Of a stretch of DNA of 64,000 bases, positions 25,016 through 38,813 are shown piece after piece. Origin of the DNA: Paraspadella gotoi (taxonomy: Eukaryota; Animalia; Chaetognatha); NCBI GenBank assembly GCA_051294375.1, contig CM119269.1, forward strand, positions 20,285,126 to 20,349,125. The letters run 5' to 3'. The translations under genes were made by a program, and so were the position numbers. The notes beneath the pieces are model-generated. The model did not search any database and had not been told where the DNA came from. It saw nothing but the letters and a program-made list of their open reading frames with translations. Position 1 is the stretch's first letter. Every line of letters starts with the position of its first letter.

Positions 25016-25454
25016 AATTGAAATAAGGCGGGAAAAATTTGCACAGTGACAGTGCGTTTGAAAAGAAAAGAAATCTCTCAAAATTCATATCAGGTTGTTA
25101 TTATGTCTCAGACGACCCCCACAATTTCTTTGCTGCTAACTAAATATGACAAGATAAAAACTAACTTAGCATTTAAACCAATAGGAAAAATGTAGCAAAA
25201 AAGATTTATTGTAATTTCTTTACTGAAATAAATTAATTTTTTTTGGTAAAATTTGCGGAACGCTTGGGAATTGGGAATTGGGAATTTCAAAAAACTTCAA
25301 AAAGAAAATTTTAACAATCGAAAAGGAGAAAAAAAAATCCGCAAAAAAAGGCAGCGACCTGCTGAGGCACTCTTGCGCAGTCGAGGTCGACCCGCTCATT
25401 CGGACGCCGGGTCTTACATTGGGAGTGTTAGGGTGTGAGAGAGACAAGAGTAGC

Positions 25455-25545
25455 GGGGAGTGTGGCAAAAGAAGCAATGGAAGTGTAGCAAAAGAAGCAA
25501 AGGGAAGTGTAGCAGAAGAAGCAAGGGGAGTGTGGCAAAAGTGCT
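25455..25545. repeat. ~21-bp minisatellite
   Basis: Four units of GG(G/A)AGTGT(G/A)GCA(A/G)AAGAAGCAA. Confidence 0.8.
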
Positions 25546-25623
25546 ATTAGGATCGCGGGGCGGTCGCGGTTTTCGTTCTTTCCCGAGACGGGCATTCTCG
25601 TGATTAATGGCTTGAGGGAGTAA

Positions 25624-25728
<105 letters not shown>

Positions 25729-25814
25729 AGAGAGGGAGAGAATAAAGAGAACAATAACAAAAAAAAACTCGATTATCAAATCTGGGACGAAATGTTGCGC
25801 GGCGTGACGAAAAG

Positions 25815-25862
<48 letters not shown>

Positions 25863-27023
25863 TGATACAACTCGAAAATGATAACAACGACGACAAAGAA
25901 GAGAATTATATGTATTTTCCTCTTTTGTTATGACCTATGAGTTACGGAGTTTGCTTCAAAGACCAAGTTTAAAACTTTGTTTCAACTAAAATATACCATT
26001 TAAAATTAACAGATCGCCTCTCAATGTTTTCTTTTTTTTTTTCTTTTCCTGACTTCGCTCCTCTTCCTTTTTCCCTCTTCTTTCCCCGAAACCTCGTAAA
26101 ACCGAAAAAGATGGTTGAACGAGATAAAAAAAAAAGTTAAACCCATGAATTCGGATATTTTTTTTTTTTTTCACTTTTTTTTTCCTCTCACCTGTTCTTT
26201 GCTTCTTATATTTTCCTTTTTCTACCTCCGCTCTTCTTCCTCTCTTCGCTTCTATATTAATAGTATTATCACATCATCATAACCTAATGCTCAAACTCGA
26301 TTCCTATCTTCTCCTAACCGATCGGACGTTTTCAATCCCTCGTTTTTTTTTCCATGCAATTTCTATTGCGTCTATCTCGTGTAAATTCTTGCACGACTGC
26401 ATAACCAGTTGCCACTCCATTCAACTTTGCGCTCTCTTACTTGGTAAATTATCATAATTATACTAATATTTCCCCCCTTCGTTATCTGTTCTGCTCCAGT
26501 TCCACCCTTTGTAATCTTTTTGCGATCGCTTCCGCTCCTCTTCCTCTTTAAAATCTCTGATTCCTTTTATTCCTCTTTTCCAACGGACAGAATTTGAATT
26601 TTTTTTCCTTCAAAAAATTAACCTTTTTATGTTTTTTTTTTCTTTCGGTTTCCAGCGGTTATTTTTTCATTCTTTTTCTTTCCTTTCTTGTTTGTTTTTC
26701 TTTTAGTTTTAAGTTCACTTACTTTACTTTTTTGTTGTTGTTTTTTTTTCTGTCTCAAGTATAGAGATTAAGGTCAGACTCGAACTATCGGGCATCTTCA
26801 ATTTTCGAAAAAAAAGGGACGCTGCAATGAAAAAAATGTTTATTTATGGTAAAAGTTTTCGTTTCTACAGTAAAAAAAAAACACCATAGTCGAAATATAA
26901 GCAGGGAAACAAACCAATTAAAAAAAAATTAATCTCCATAAATGGGCGTAGATAACGTTGAAAATTAACGGGCTTTTTTCTCCTAAACCACCCATAAAAT
27001 GGGCGGTAACCACCCGTTTGGTT

Positions 27024-29270
27024 TCACTGTCGCTCCTCCGAACTTTTCTCCGATTTGAGTTGAAATTGAGGAATTTGACAGCGAATGACTTCCCCTGAAT
27101 CGTTGTCCTCCAACTCGAGGTGACCCCAGATCGATCCCGCGGAGGCCTGGGCGCGGAAAAATGGGGACAAGAAAGGTTTTTGATATAGGGAATTTTGATT
27201 GTAGGGGACCAGCGGCTTTAACGAACCACCGTATGTCCAATCATCTTCTCTATTCGATTACTGCAACGCATTAGTATTATACATTATACTTGATAAGTTT
27301 TTAAATGAATTGTTATATTTGTAAAGCGTTGATGAAAAAAACTCCTGACCGAGAAGCTGCAGTAGCTCGTGGTCTGGAAACTGGGATTCCATTTGCTGAG
27401 GACGGCATGCCGACCATCGAGACCTCGTTCCATTTTCTTGTCGTAAGTTCCGTTCTGAGGCGAATTGTGGTAAAGAGAGAGATGAATTTTTACGACCTCT
27501 TCTGAGAAGGTTGGGGCGTAGGAGAAAAAGGTAAGAAAAAGTAGGCAATTCTAAAAAAAAAAATTAGGATATTTAGTATCAATATTAAACCGAAAATATA
27601 CAACGTAAAACAACTCTCACCCGAGAGGAAACCGTCCAGTTTCTTCTTTTAATTCGAAAATTTTTTTCTCCTAGATTCTCGACCCTTAAAATGTAGCGCC
27701 ACCAGTACCGAGTATCTATAAACATTTCGACGAGTTGATTGATTGATTGCTTGATCGATTGATGTTCTCTCTCTCCAAGCTCACCCCCTCTTTCCCCGCC
27801 GTGCGATCCCATGTAAAACGGAACCACTGTGATTCTCACGTCACCCGTACACGCCCTGTAGGCCACTTCAGGTTTCAACCAGCGCAGGTTCCGCTTCCTC
27901 CACTTGATCAAAGTCCTCGTGCCAACGTTGGCCGGCTCCTTGGCGTCGCGCGCCGGCGGCGCCGCTTCGAAGAAGCGTGAAAAGAGATCGTGGGTGATAG
28001 GCGGGCGGCGTCGGTGAGCGTGGAAGGCGGAGAGGGCGTTGCCGAAAGGGAGGAGGCTGGAAGAGGAGGAGGAGGAGGAGGAGGAGGAGGAGGAGGAACG
28101 GAGTGGTTGAGAAGGGAAGGTTGGATTTCAAGTGAAAGAAAATTGGGTGAAATCTTGCTGATGCCGCAAAAAGGGATCTGCCACCGGGAACGCCGACGAC
28201 GACAAGATCCAAGATCCTCACCTGAAATCGTCCTCACTCTCCGTGAGACGGTAAGGCAGGATGTCGGCGTTGTGGACGTAATCGATCCCTGGCATCGAGA
28301 AGACGACGAGCCGATCGCCGACGTCGCGACCCAAGAAGCTGACCCCGTCAACGTTGCTGCGGACGTAGGAAGAGTCGCCCGCGTCGACGAGCACGTTGTA
28401 GAAGAGCTCGGGGGAGCGGGCCGAGAGAGACTGTGGAAGGCGAAGCGGTAAAGGAAGAATAGCGGGAAGGCGAGTTCGGACAAAATCAATCATGTACTCT
28501 TTGATTTTGACATTTTGACATCGAGAAACTTGAAGTCAAAAAATCTAAATTTCCCTCTACATATGTTAGGATAAAAACTCGGGACCTCGTGACCTTTTAA
28601 CGGTACCTTACAGTACTCGATGACACCGTTAAGTGAAGACATTATATAGTATGAATGAGGTTTTGACCGTCTGATCTCTCGTCAGCGAAAGATGTCAACC
28701 CGCCCCTAGACCCGGTTCCCCTTCCAAAGATGTCAACCCGCCCCTACACCCGGTTCCCCTTCCAAAGATGTAAACCCGCCCCTAGACCCGGTTCCCCTCC
28801 CAAAGTGGCCCGACCGGGTTCTCGATGTCCCCAGTCATGATCTCGATCGTCTTCTCTCCGTCCGCGACCGGCACCGTCGGCGTCGTCGCCTCGAAGATCT
28901 TCGTCTTCCACGGGAGAAGGATGATGCCTCTGTAGCCGAGTTGCTTGTGGAGGAAGAGCTGGCCTGAAGGATGGGGTATCGAAAGGGGGATGAGGAGGGT
29001 GTGGAGGGGATGAAAAGGGGAGACGAATGGTCAAAGAATTATTGAAAGATGATAGTCCACAACGACGTCGACAACGACAGAAGCTACTCCATAAACGCAT
29101 CAACGTCGACGTCCTCAACTACCCGTCTTGTAGCTGAGATTGGTGTCCATCGGATCCAGTGGAGTCTGCAACTTCCCGACTTCCTGGAGGAGAGTCGACG
29201 CTCGACGCCGACCGTGGACGAGCGAGTCGGCCGCCGCCCTGCACGCAACGACGCCGAGGCTGCTGAACAT
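27024..29270 (-). CDS. POLDIP2: Polymerase delta-interacting protein 2 (YccV-like plus ApaG domains), 7 exons, ~366 aa
   Basis: Exons 29270-29123, 28963-28815, 28430-28222, 28056-27785, 27715-27621, 27454-27350 and 27146-27024 join in frame (1101 nt). Motifs YKTGQLFLHKQLGYRGIILLPW, FYNVLVDAGD, MPGIDYVHNADILPY, VRITVVPFYMG, YWWRYILRVENL and GSIWG..IPQFQLKS match remembered POLDIP2. Arg/Ser/Ala-rich mitochondrial-presequence-like N-terminus. Confidence 0.95.
28688..28805. repeat. ~38-bp tandem repeat (x3) at the POLDIP2 exon 2 donor
   Basis: AAAGATGT(C/A)AACCCGCCCCTA(G/C)ACCCGGTTCCCCT(T)CC repeated three times. Confidence 0.9.
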
Positions 29271-29319
29271 TATGATTTAATATATGTTGGGATAGGAATG
29301 TGACGTTGTGTGGTTTTAA

Positions 29320-29340
29320 AGGGGGCGGGGCAATTGGAGG
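29320..29340 (-). promoter_or_regulatory. CCAAT plus GC box just upstream of the POLDIP2 ATG
   Basis: GGGGGCGGGGCAATTGG at 29321-29337, about 50-70 nt upstream of the start codon. Confidence 0.5.
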
Positions 29341-29595
29341 ATAATCGTTTATAAATATTGTTTAAAAAAATTAAAAAAATGAAATTTGAACTGGAAGTAA
29401 GCAAAGGGTTTTTCGCTTGGAGAAAAATTTATCGTTGGTTTTTTCTGACTTTTTTCTTTCTCTCTCTTTGTCTCTGTCTCTCTCTCCCTATCTCTCCTTC
29501 TCTCTCTCCTTTTTAAATCTCTGTTTCTCTCCCCGGTTTGTTTTGGTTTCATTGTGGGGGAACAACTTAAACATGAGCTGGAGATTAAAACGGAA

Positions 29596-29638
<43 letters not shown>

Positions 29639-29916
29639 AAAAAGAAAGAAAGAGAGAGGGGAAGTGAAATTGTCCTATATCTATGGACTGATATCTTAGT
29701 GAGTAAATGGATTTGATGAACACCTTGGTTATCTCTCTTTCCTTATCAGTTTTGCTTCAAGAAATCTGAAACAAGAAAAGAGAAAGATTCGGAAAGAAAA
29801 CAAGAACGGTAATTCCAATGTGTTACGCCGCAGTGACTTTATTTTATTACTAAAAAAACCTTTTTTTTGGATTTATGACATGCACTGCATCAAAAATCTG
29901 TCTTTTATTCTTTAGT

Positions 29917-30110
29917 TTTAGGAATTCCTGAAGGCGGTGCTTGCAGTCCCTTTGATTTGAGGTTTTTTCTATCTTAACAAATGAGCGATCAATTATAGGC
30001 TAATTATGTGCATTTTTATGTAAGTGGGACAGACTGTCAGACAGACATACCAACCGACCGACCTAAAACTGACTTAAAGAGTTGCGAGTACTCGCGGCGC
30101 AACTAAAAAA
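29917..30110 (+). mobile_element. Helentron/DINE-1-like element, family B
   Basis: (GACA)/(ACCG) microsatellite, then a 3' hairpin AGTTGCG..CGCAACT and an A-tract. Homologous to 21529-21725. Confidence 0.6.
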
Positions 30111-30678
30111 ACGACAAAGGGAAGAGGGAAAAAAATCATGGTGAAGGTCGATGAGATTACCGATTAACATTAAACAATATCGTAGGATAATGTTTTTCGT
30201 TTGCTCAGACTTAGTCTATGTTTGTTTGTTGATGATGATTGTTCTGAATCAACCTTGTTGTATTCGAATAAAATCGCATGATGATTAGATTATTGAATAA
30301 GATTTAAAAGCAACCAACTTTAGATTTTATATCAGAAAAAAACAAAAACAAAATAAACAGAATGAAATGAACAAACAATTCCACAATTGAGTCGCTCACA
30401 TTGCGAAGGAAACCGCAACGGAAATTAAGGCTTTTAAAACAAAGTAATTGAATACAAACTAATAAAAAAAGTAATATGATACTGTTGAATCACGAAAATT
30501 AAAACTGAAATCTTTCTTGCGGAATCACTGTGGGTCTTAAGGCTCATGAAGTAAAATGTGGGGAGACGAAATGTCTTAGTTACGCCTTGAAAGGATAATC
30601 TCAACCCCTTGGGGCCACCCCACGGATCTCTGTCCTAGCGACGATGACCCAGTGTGTGTGAGAGAGAGAGAGAGAGAG

Positions 30679-30740
<62 letters not shown>

Positions 30741-33013
30741 CTTTTCCCGGAGGTTAAATTTTTTTTTCTCTTTTCAAACGTGTGGAGGAATGGAATTAAA
30801 TCCCATGAAAGAGTTTCGGTTGTCGGACGGACGACGACAACGACGACGACCACGACGACGACCACGACGACGACCACGACGACGGTCGCTATCCAAAAAC
30901 TCATGCATGGTTACGAAGGCAACTTTAAAAATTCCTCTAGTCCCCCATTTCCTTTGCCTTTGGTCTCCCGTAATCACTAATCAGCCTTTAAGTCACCGTT
31001 TCTTGGCAGTCTTTCGACAGTTCGCCTTTATTTTGCCTCGGTTTTGCTGTGAAGCCTCAATATAAATTGGTTAGTCTCTGCATAGTAATACCATTTTCCT
31101 TATTTTTCAAACCATAATTTTCTTTTATTATTTATAGTTATTTTCTTTGCTGCCAATAATTTGGCCAACGAATATTCGGTTGCCAAGCGAACTTTGATGT
31201 GATCTTCTTTTTCGTCATCGTCTTCGTCGTCGTAGGTTTAGACATGGTCATTTCAGTGCCAAAGGAAAATAGTCACGGTTTTCATGAATATTTATCATAC
31301 ATTTATGAAATATTAATTCACCGGCAGCTCAGGTCGTCTCACTCATCCAGTTTATAGTTCGTTGGTTGATTTTGCTTTACATTTTGTAATTAGCAGAAAG
31401 AAACTGAACCTTAATTTAACTTTTATCTGCTCTGCTATTTTTAGGTGTTTTATCCCAACAGATCTTTCTCTAGCGCCCCTACCTTCAACTGACTTCTCAA
31501 CAGCTGACTTTTCTCCGACTTACCTCATTCTAAATCTCGTGCTTATATGTAAGCAGTGACCAGCAGTGACCAGCAGTGAGCACTCTCTCCAATCCTCCTT
31601 TCTCAAACCGCCCGCTTCCCTTTGCCGTCAAAGAGACGATCCGTTTAGGACACGTGAGTCCCAATCGATCCTTATCATCAGCGATTATCACTAACGAGAG
31701 TGATTATCAGTTTTATCACAAACTTATAATCTCCAAAGCATCAGACCGAAGCTCCGGTCTCGGCGAGAACTGGTGTTGATAACGGCGCTAAAAGTTGTTG
31801 TTGTTGTTGTTGTTGCGATTGTTTGTTTTTGTTTTTATTTATTTTTATTCAGTAGCTGTTATTGATGTTAATTTCCATTGTTGTAGATTGTTTTTGTTGT
31901 TTAGTCGAGATGTGGCTAAGTTGGTTGGTCGTCGTCGTAGAAAAAATTGTTGTTGTTCTAATTTTTGTTGATGTTGTCGTCATTGTTTTCGTCGTGTTTC
32001 TGTTATATTATGTGGGGAAGTGAGAAAGACGAGATCTAGGTAATCCTATCAATGAAAAGGAAAGANNNNNNNNNNNNNNNNNNNNNNNNNNNNNNNNNNN
32101 NNNNNNNNNNNNNNNNNNNNNNNNNNNNNNNNNNNNNNNNNNNNNNNNNNNNNNNNNNNNNNNNNNNNNNNNNNNNNNNNNNNNNNNNNNNNNNNNNNNN
32201 NNNNNNNNNNNNNNNNNNNNNNNNNNNNNNNNNNNNNNNNNNNNNGGGGATTAAGGGGTGGTGAGGCAGCGATGGGGCGTTGCGTCCATTGGGTCAATTC
32301 GCCGCCAGGGGCGTTTTTTTCGAGAAACCGACCCACGTGAACTGAGGTTCGGTCATTTTGACGAAGACGACGACGAAGACGACGCTCGCGACGACGAGGA
32401 CGAAACGACGTCGTAGATGACGTCTCTGGCAGCAGCGGGGGCGCAGCGAGAGCGCGATGCTGCTGCGACGGCTACGGCTCAACTCAGCCCGGTTTATCAG
32501 CGCGAGAAAACGCTTTGGGCACCGACGCCGCTGTAAACTTTCTCTCGCCAAATACAACGACAACGACAACGACGACAATGATGAGGATGAAGACGAAGAC
32601 AACGAGGACGACGACGTTCATAAAGACGAAGTCGTCATTGCAGACGAAACTCGGATTCGTTCCCGACGGAGGTGTCGCGCGGACGCATCGATGCATCACT
32701 GAAAATTTGACGGTCGACCGCGTCAAACTCTCTCTCTCTCTCTNNNNNNNNNNATCTCTCTCTCTCTCTCTCTCTCGCGACTTACCCTCACGTGATCTTA
32801 ATTCGTTCGGACCGCGGCGGTGAAGATATTTCTCCTTTCGTTTCTCTTTTCCTTTTCTCGCCGATTTCTTGAAGTTGGCGACCTATGAAAAAGAGGAACC
32901 AATCACGAGTGATCATTGAAGGGAAGTTCACTTGACCAATTAGGGTTCGTGGTCGAGGGGAGTTGTGCCCAATCAGAGTCTGGTTCGTTGGAAGGAGAGA
33001 GAGAAAAGGCGAG

Positions 33014-33051
<38 letters not shown>

Positions 33052-33208
33052 GAGAGAGAAAACAACTGAAAGTGACAAGAATTAATGGGTTTTTCTGTGT
33101 CCTTCTCAAAAAGGGAGGAGCTAATAGGATATCTCACCTGCTCATGGGCTGGGTTCTCGTTTTTTTCGGTCTCCAGACTCAATAGCCGATGAGAAAAAAA
33201 AAGAGAGA

Positions 33209-33250
<42 letters not shown>

Positions 33251-33894
33251 CAGTCCAGCTTGGAAAACCGTTTGATTTGGTGAATTATGGGACGGGAAGT
33301 TTCCGCCTTCGAGGCACGGAGTCAAAGATTGTGGGAAATGGAAATCGAAGGAAGATCGAATTGGGAACAGGGCGGGGAACGCAGTGGGGAACGGGGCGGG
33401 GAAGGGAGAGGGGAATGGATTAAGAAGGAAGCGGAGATTTTAGGGAATAATGAATTGGCAAGATTGGTAATAAAAGTGGAAGGGTTCATAGAATCGACGA
33501 TAGGAAAATAAACAAAACACAGAATAGAATTGTAATTTGTATTGACTGTGAAATAAAAAAAGAACCGAATGGAAAACGATTCATGTTACTCTTACGTTTA
33601 CTTTTTCTCTAAAGCCCAATCATTACTTGTTCTACCCCAAAAATATGGAAGCCAACTATTCATCCTAAAGTCTAAAAACATTTCCTGTGAGAACTGTTTT
33701 ACGTGTATCAAGTTTCTTTCTTTCTTTTTATTTTTCCCTTTTTTTCTCTGTCTTTCTTTTGTTTATTTCTTTCATGAGGTTTTCTTTTTTTTCTTTTTTT
33801 TATTTTGGTTTTTCAGTTTTACTTTATTTTTTTCCCCGTTTCATTCAGCATCGTCAATGAATTCCATAAGAATATATAATAAGAATACCATCTC

Positions 33895-34037
<143 letters not shown>

Positions 34038-34316
34038 AGTTTTCTTTCGATTTCGTCCCAAAAAATTAGACTCGAAATCCAATTCTTGTTAACACAATTC
34101 CCCAGTTTTCTCTTTTTTTTTCGTTCCTTTTTATTTCCTTTTTTCCTTTTTTTTAGATTTGATCTCGAACCAGACTAACCTACTTCTTTCTTTTCAGATC
34201 CGTTTGTCCGTTCGTCCGTTTGTTCCAACTTTGCAAGAAACTCTTTGGGATTAGGGATAAGCTCAGGGGCTCATGGAAGATGTTGAACCTTTTGAGTATG
34301 ATGAAGAGCAATGAGT

Positions 34317-34397
34317 AAAAAAGCAAAGGAAAAGGAAGATAAAAAAGCAAAGGAAAAGGAAGATAAAAAAGTAAAGGAAAAGGAAGATAAAAAAGGA
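34317..34397. repeat. 24-bp tandem repeat
   Basis: About 3 copies of AAAAAAG(C/T)AAAGGAAAAGGAAGAT. Confidence 0.8.
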
Positions 34398-35645
34398 AAG
34401 AAAGGAGCTGGTAAAAATGTGAGGAAAATATTTAATAAAGATATGAAAAATTCAGTTTTTTAAAGAAATAAAAATAAAATAAAATAAAAAAAGGGTATCG
34501 AAATGGATACACTAGGTAAGTTTAAAATGAAATGGGTAATTGAAAATAAAAAACCTAACTACTAATTCACAATTATACAAACGAAGCAAGAAAAAAATTG
34601 AAAGAATTTATGAACAAAGATTAAAGAAACAAAAAAAAACAAAAAACTAAAGGGAAATTTTTCGGCAATAAAAATGATGTGAATTGATGGGGGTTTTCGA
34701 AGTGGCTCGACCTAATCCCCTACGAGTGATTTCCCCTTTCTTTCATCTCAAGATTTTTTTCTGGTTTGTTATTTTGTTTTTATCATTTGAGTAATCCTTG
34801 CTGCAGACATAATTTCAGACCGAAAAAAAATGTGAATGTCTGTTTTTAAAACTGGACTTAGCTTATATCGCAACGAAGACGCAATATCCAAATCCAACTA
34901 AATATGGCTGATGAAGTTACTCATAAAACCCTTAGTAATGGAATGGAATTCCTCATTTCTCAATTGGGTTACCGTATATTGTATTTCATGCCATACTGAA
35001 TTTAGCTACTTTCCCGTTCACCATCTCTCAAATTAATATAATAAAATATCATAAAATGTTAGGTAATTCCACAAACTCGCGCGTCGAGTTCGCCGATTTC
35101 GCGATAACCACCGAGAGAGAGAGAGAGAAAAAAATTATTCCGTGAAAAGATTAAAATCTTCGGTCGTAACAAGAACCGCGACGGCGGCGGAAAAAAAAAG
35201 AAAGCGCGGAAATCGTAAAACTAAAAGTAGAGTGAAAAACCGCAGAGTTGAATTTTATTATTTTCCTTCTCCTTTTTTTTTCTTCTGTAAATGTTTTCCA
35301 ATCTTTTCTTTTCATTTTTTTTTCATTATTTTTCTTTCTTTTTTTCGTTTCTTTTTTTTTTCTCTTTCTCTTCGCTTATATCTATTGTCTCCTCAATTTT
35401 TCGTTTTAATTTCTCTGTGATATGGCGTTTAATCTATATCTTGCTTTCTCGCTCTTCACAACATATGATTCGCACCATCCCTATCATCATTTGTCAAATG
35501 ATCATCATAATCATCATCACCATCATCATCATCATCAACATCAACTATGTCAGAATCAAATATTAATGACACCAACTTCTTTCATCCTCATCACCGTCGA
35601 TGTTGTTCTTGTCTTCCTCATTGAGGTTCTTCGGGTTCGTCGCTG

Positions 35646-35715
<70 letters not shown>

Positions 35716-35994
35716 TCGATCGCGATTCGTGCTCAAAGGTCGAGGGCGAAGTTTTTGTCCCCAAAACCTCAGCGGTTTTGTTCAATTGATCTCGTGGACC
35801 TCAGAAGGAAAGAAGGATAGAGCTAAAGGAAAGAAAGAAAGAAAGAAATGAAAGAAAAAGAAAGAAGAAAGAAATGAAAAAAAAAGAAAAAGAAAGAAGA
35901 AAGAAAGAAAAAAAGAAAGAAAAGAAAAAAGTTCTCCCCTATTGTTGTTCTTTCTGTTCCTGGCGAGACCGGCTTTTCATCGTTTCTCAATTTG

Positions 35995-36134
<140 letters not shown>

Positions 36135-37753
36135 CCTTTTTGTGATTCTGCGGTCTTTGTTCCACCAGTTTCACGGTGAAGTTTTCCTTTTGCCATTTTT
36201 ATTATGACCGTGCAGCATGAAAATCATTTGTAGGTAATAATATTGAAATATAAAAAGAGAAGAGAGAAAAGACAAGAAAAGAAAAGACAAGAGAGAAAAG
36301 ACCACAGACTTCAATAACTTTTCTTTCAGAGCAAAACATCAACGACGACGACAACGACAACAACAACGACGACGTCAATCAAATCGCCTCTTCTCTTATC
36401 TCTTTGACTCATCTCTTTCTTTTTTTTTCTTTCTTCTTTTCTTTCCCTTTTTTTTCCTCCCCTGATTTGATCTTCCTCTCGAATTTGTTTGTTCATTTCT
36501 TCGTAATTTGACGCGAGGCTTTTAAACTCCTCCCTAACCCTTCCTCTTTTGACCTTACCCGTCACTCACCCTCTTAGTTTTCTTCTTTTTTAACGAAACC
36601 CATCCTCGGCCAACTTATTTCTCCTTGTACGTTCATTCTTTTATTAATTCATTCTTCTCATTCATTTTTTTTCACTCGTAAATGTGATTTTTTAGAGAAA
36701 TGTTGACCTCACTGTCGTATTGTCGAACCTTAATCGTTCAAAAAGTGCAACCCCTCAACTTTACTCACCAATTTTTCTCGATTCCGGCTTAATTTCTCTT
36801 TTTCTTGCTTAACCCGTTTCCTTATCGATCTCACTTGTCAGCAGCAGCCTTTCGCTTCTTTCTTTATATGAAGGAATAGTTCAAAACCCTCTCTTCGCAA
36901 GGCTCACCGATGGGTCTCACTTATCACCCTTCACTCTGCCCCGCCCTTCGCTCAAACCGAACCTTACCCTTTCGTCTTCCACTGAGCCTCACCCTTTCCC
37001 CACCCTTTACACGTCCCGTCGGCCGTCTCCGCCTCTCCTTTTCTCCGTCTCCCGTCTAGCCTCTCCAGCTCTTCTCTCACTCTCTCTACCGTCTCATCGA
37101 TATCTCGCCCGTCTACAGTCCTTTCTCTCTCCGTCTCTCTCTCTCTCTCTCTCTTTCAATTCTTTCACGAAACTCGATATTTCGTCTCTCCGTTCTTGAT
37201 CGATGGAGATTTTTGTTCTTTAAATGTTGACCATAAATTGCAACAAAAAAAAATTCGATCAATAAATATTAAAATTGTTTTTCAACAGGAATTTCTTAAA
37301 AAAATTTTCTATCAAAATAAAGCAAAAAAATATAGAGGGACATTTTAGATTGTATGCTTCTGCAGAGAGAGATTTGCTTACGCTTGGTACCAAGCAATAC
37401 TTCGGAAAAGATGCTTAATAAGTATAAAACTATAAAATGTCTAAATACTAAAATATAAAAAAAAAACATTTTGCATGAGTATAAAAGCGTAATACAAGCG
37501 GCTGTAGTTCCTGTTTATTGGATCCTTTTCATCAATTCTTACAGGATAAATGGCAAGGATTTATCCCTAAAACTACCACCAATAAAATATTAATTACCGA
37601 AACAAAAGTCAAAGCAGATTAGGGAGATGATGACCCTAACGAAAAAAGCGAAAAGACAAAAGACGAAAACAATGGCGGGGAGGGACCCCGTCGAAAATAC
37701 TTGAGACGAAAAGAAAACCGAAACAAAAAAGCCATAAAGGTGAGACTGAGACT

Positions 37754-37863
<110 letters not shown>

Positions 37864-38514
37864 ATGTTTCGGTTCTTTGGTCTGGGTTTTAAGGAATGCT
37901 CCCGCCCATGGAAAAAAATGTTCCGCCTCCCAAATCCTTGAACTTACTCGTGATTCTCACAGACTCGATCACAATCGACTTTTGCCTCCAATCGCTCGCG
38001 GGAAGAGGAGAAAAAGATAGAAAAACAAGAGGAGAAGGAAGAGGAGGAGGAAAGAGGAAAGTTTCTGACTTCGTTCCTCTGAAGACACTGAATCGGGAAG
38101 GGTGACTGGGTGACGCATAAAATGTAAATGTAAATGATCAGTTCTCTGTAAATTGATATACAAATTTTTGCCAAGAATAGATACATCAAATAATATTCAA
38201 ATTAATCTTAATTAAGAGAATAAACGCATTAGTGAAAAACTGAATATATTGAGAAATGAATGAAGGAATAAATGAATGAATAGCAAATATGAATAAATGA
38301 ATAAATGAATGAAATAACGGACGAATGAATAAAGACGTGCATAATACTGCATTTAGGACGGTTCAGTCTCAGGGTAACAGCTTCTCTCTCTCAATTCAAC
38401 ACTTGAAGGCGGAGTTGGGAAAAAAGGAAACATGCAGAAATGATCGCCAATGAAAAACCGGAAAATCTCAGAGATTTAGATACTCTCTCTCTCTCTCTCT
38501 CTCTCTCTGTCTTT

Positions 38515-38563
<49 letters not shown>

Positions 38564-38768
38564 TTTTCTGCTTTTCCTCCCTTCTTGTCCTTATCCTCGG
38601 CTCCTCCCATTAACCCTCCCTCTCTTCTTCCTTTATTCATTGTCTTCCTCTTCCTTGTTTCCTTCCGAAACGGATAACCGGAAAAAGGAGAGCTACTTCC
38701 AAAGAGAAAAGAAGAGAGAGAGAGAGAAAGGAGAGAGAGAGAAGAGAGAGAGAGAGAGATGAGAGAGA

Positions 38769-38813
<45 letters not shown>

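Noticed and set aside
25360-25420. Small GC-rich minus-strand exon candidate
   Set aside because: Plausible AG/GT ends, but no recognisable peptide or partner exons.
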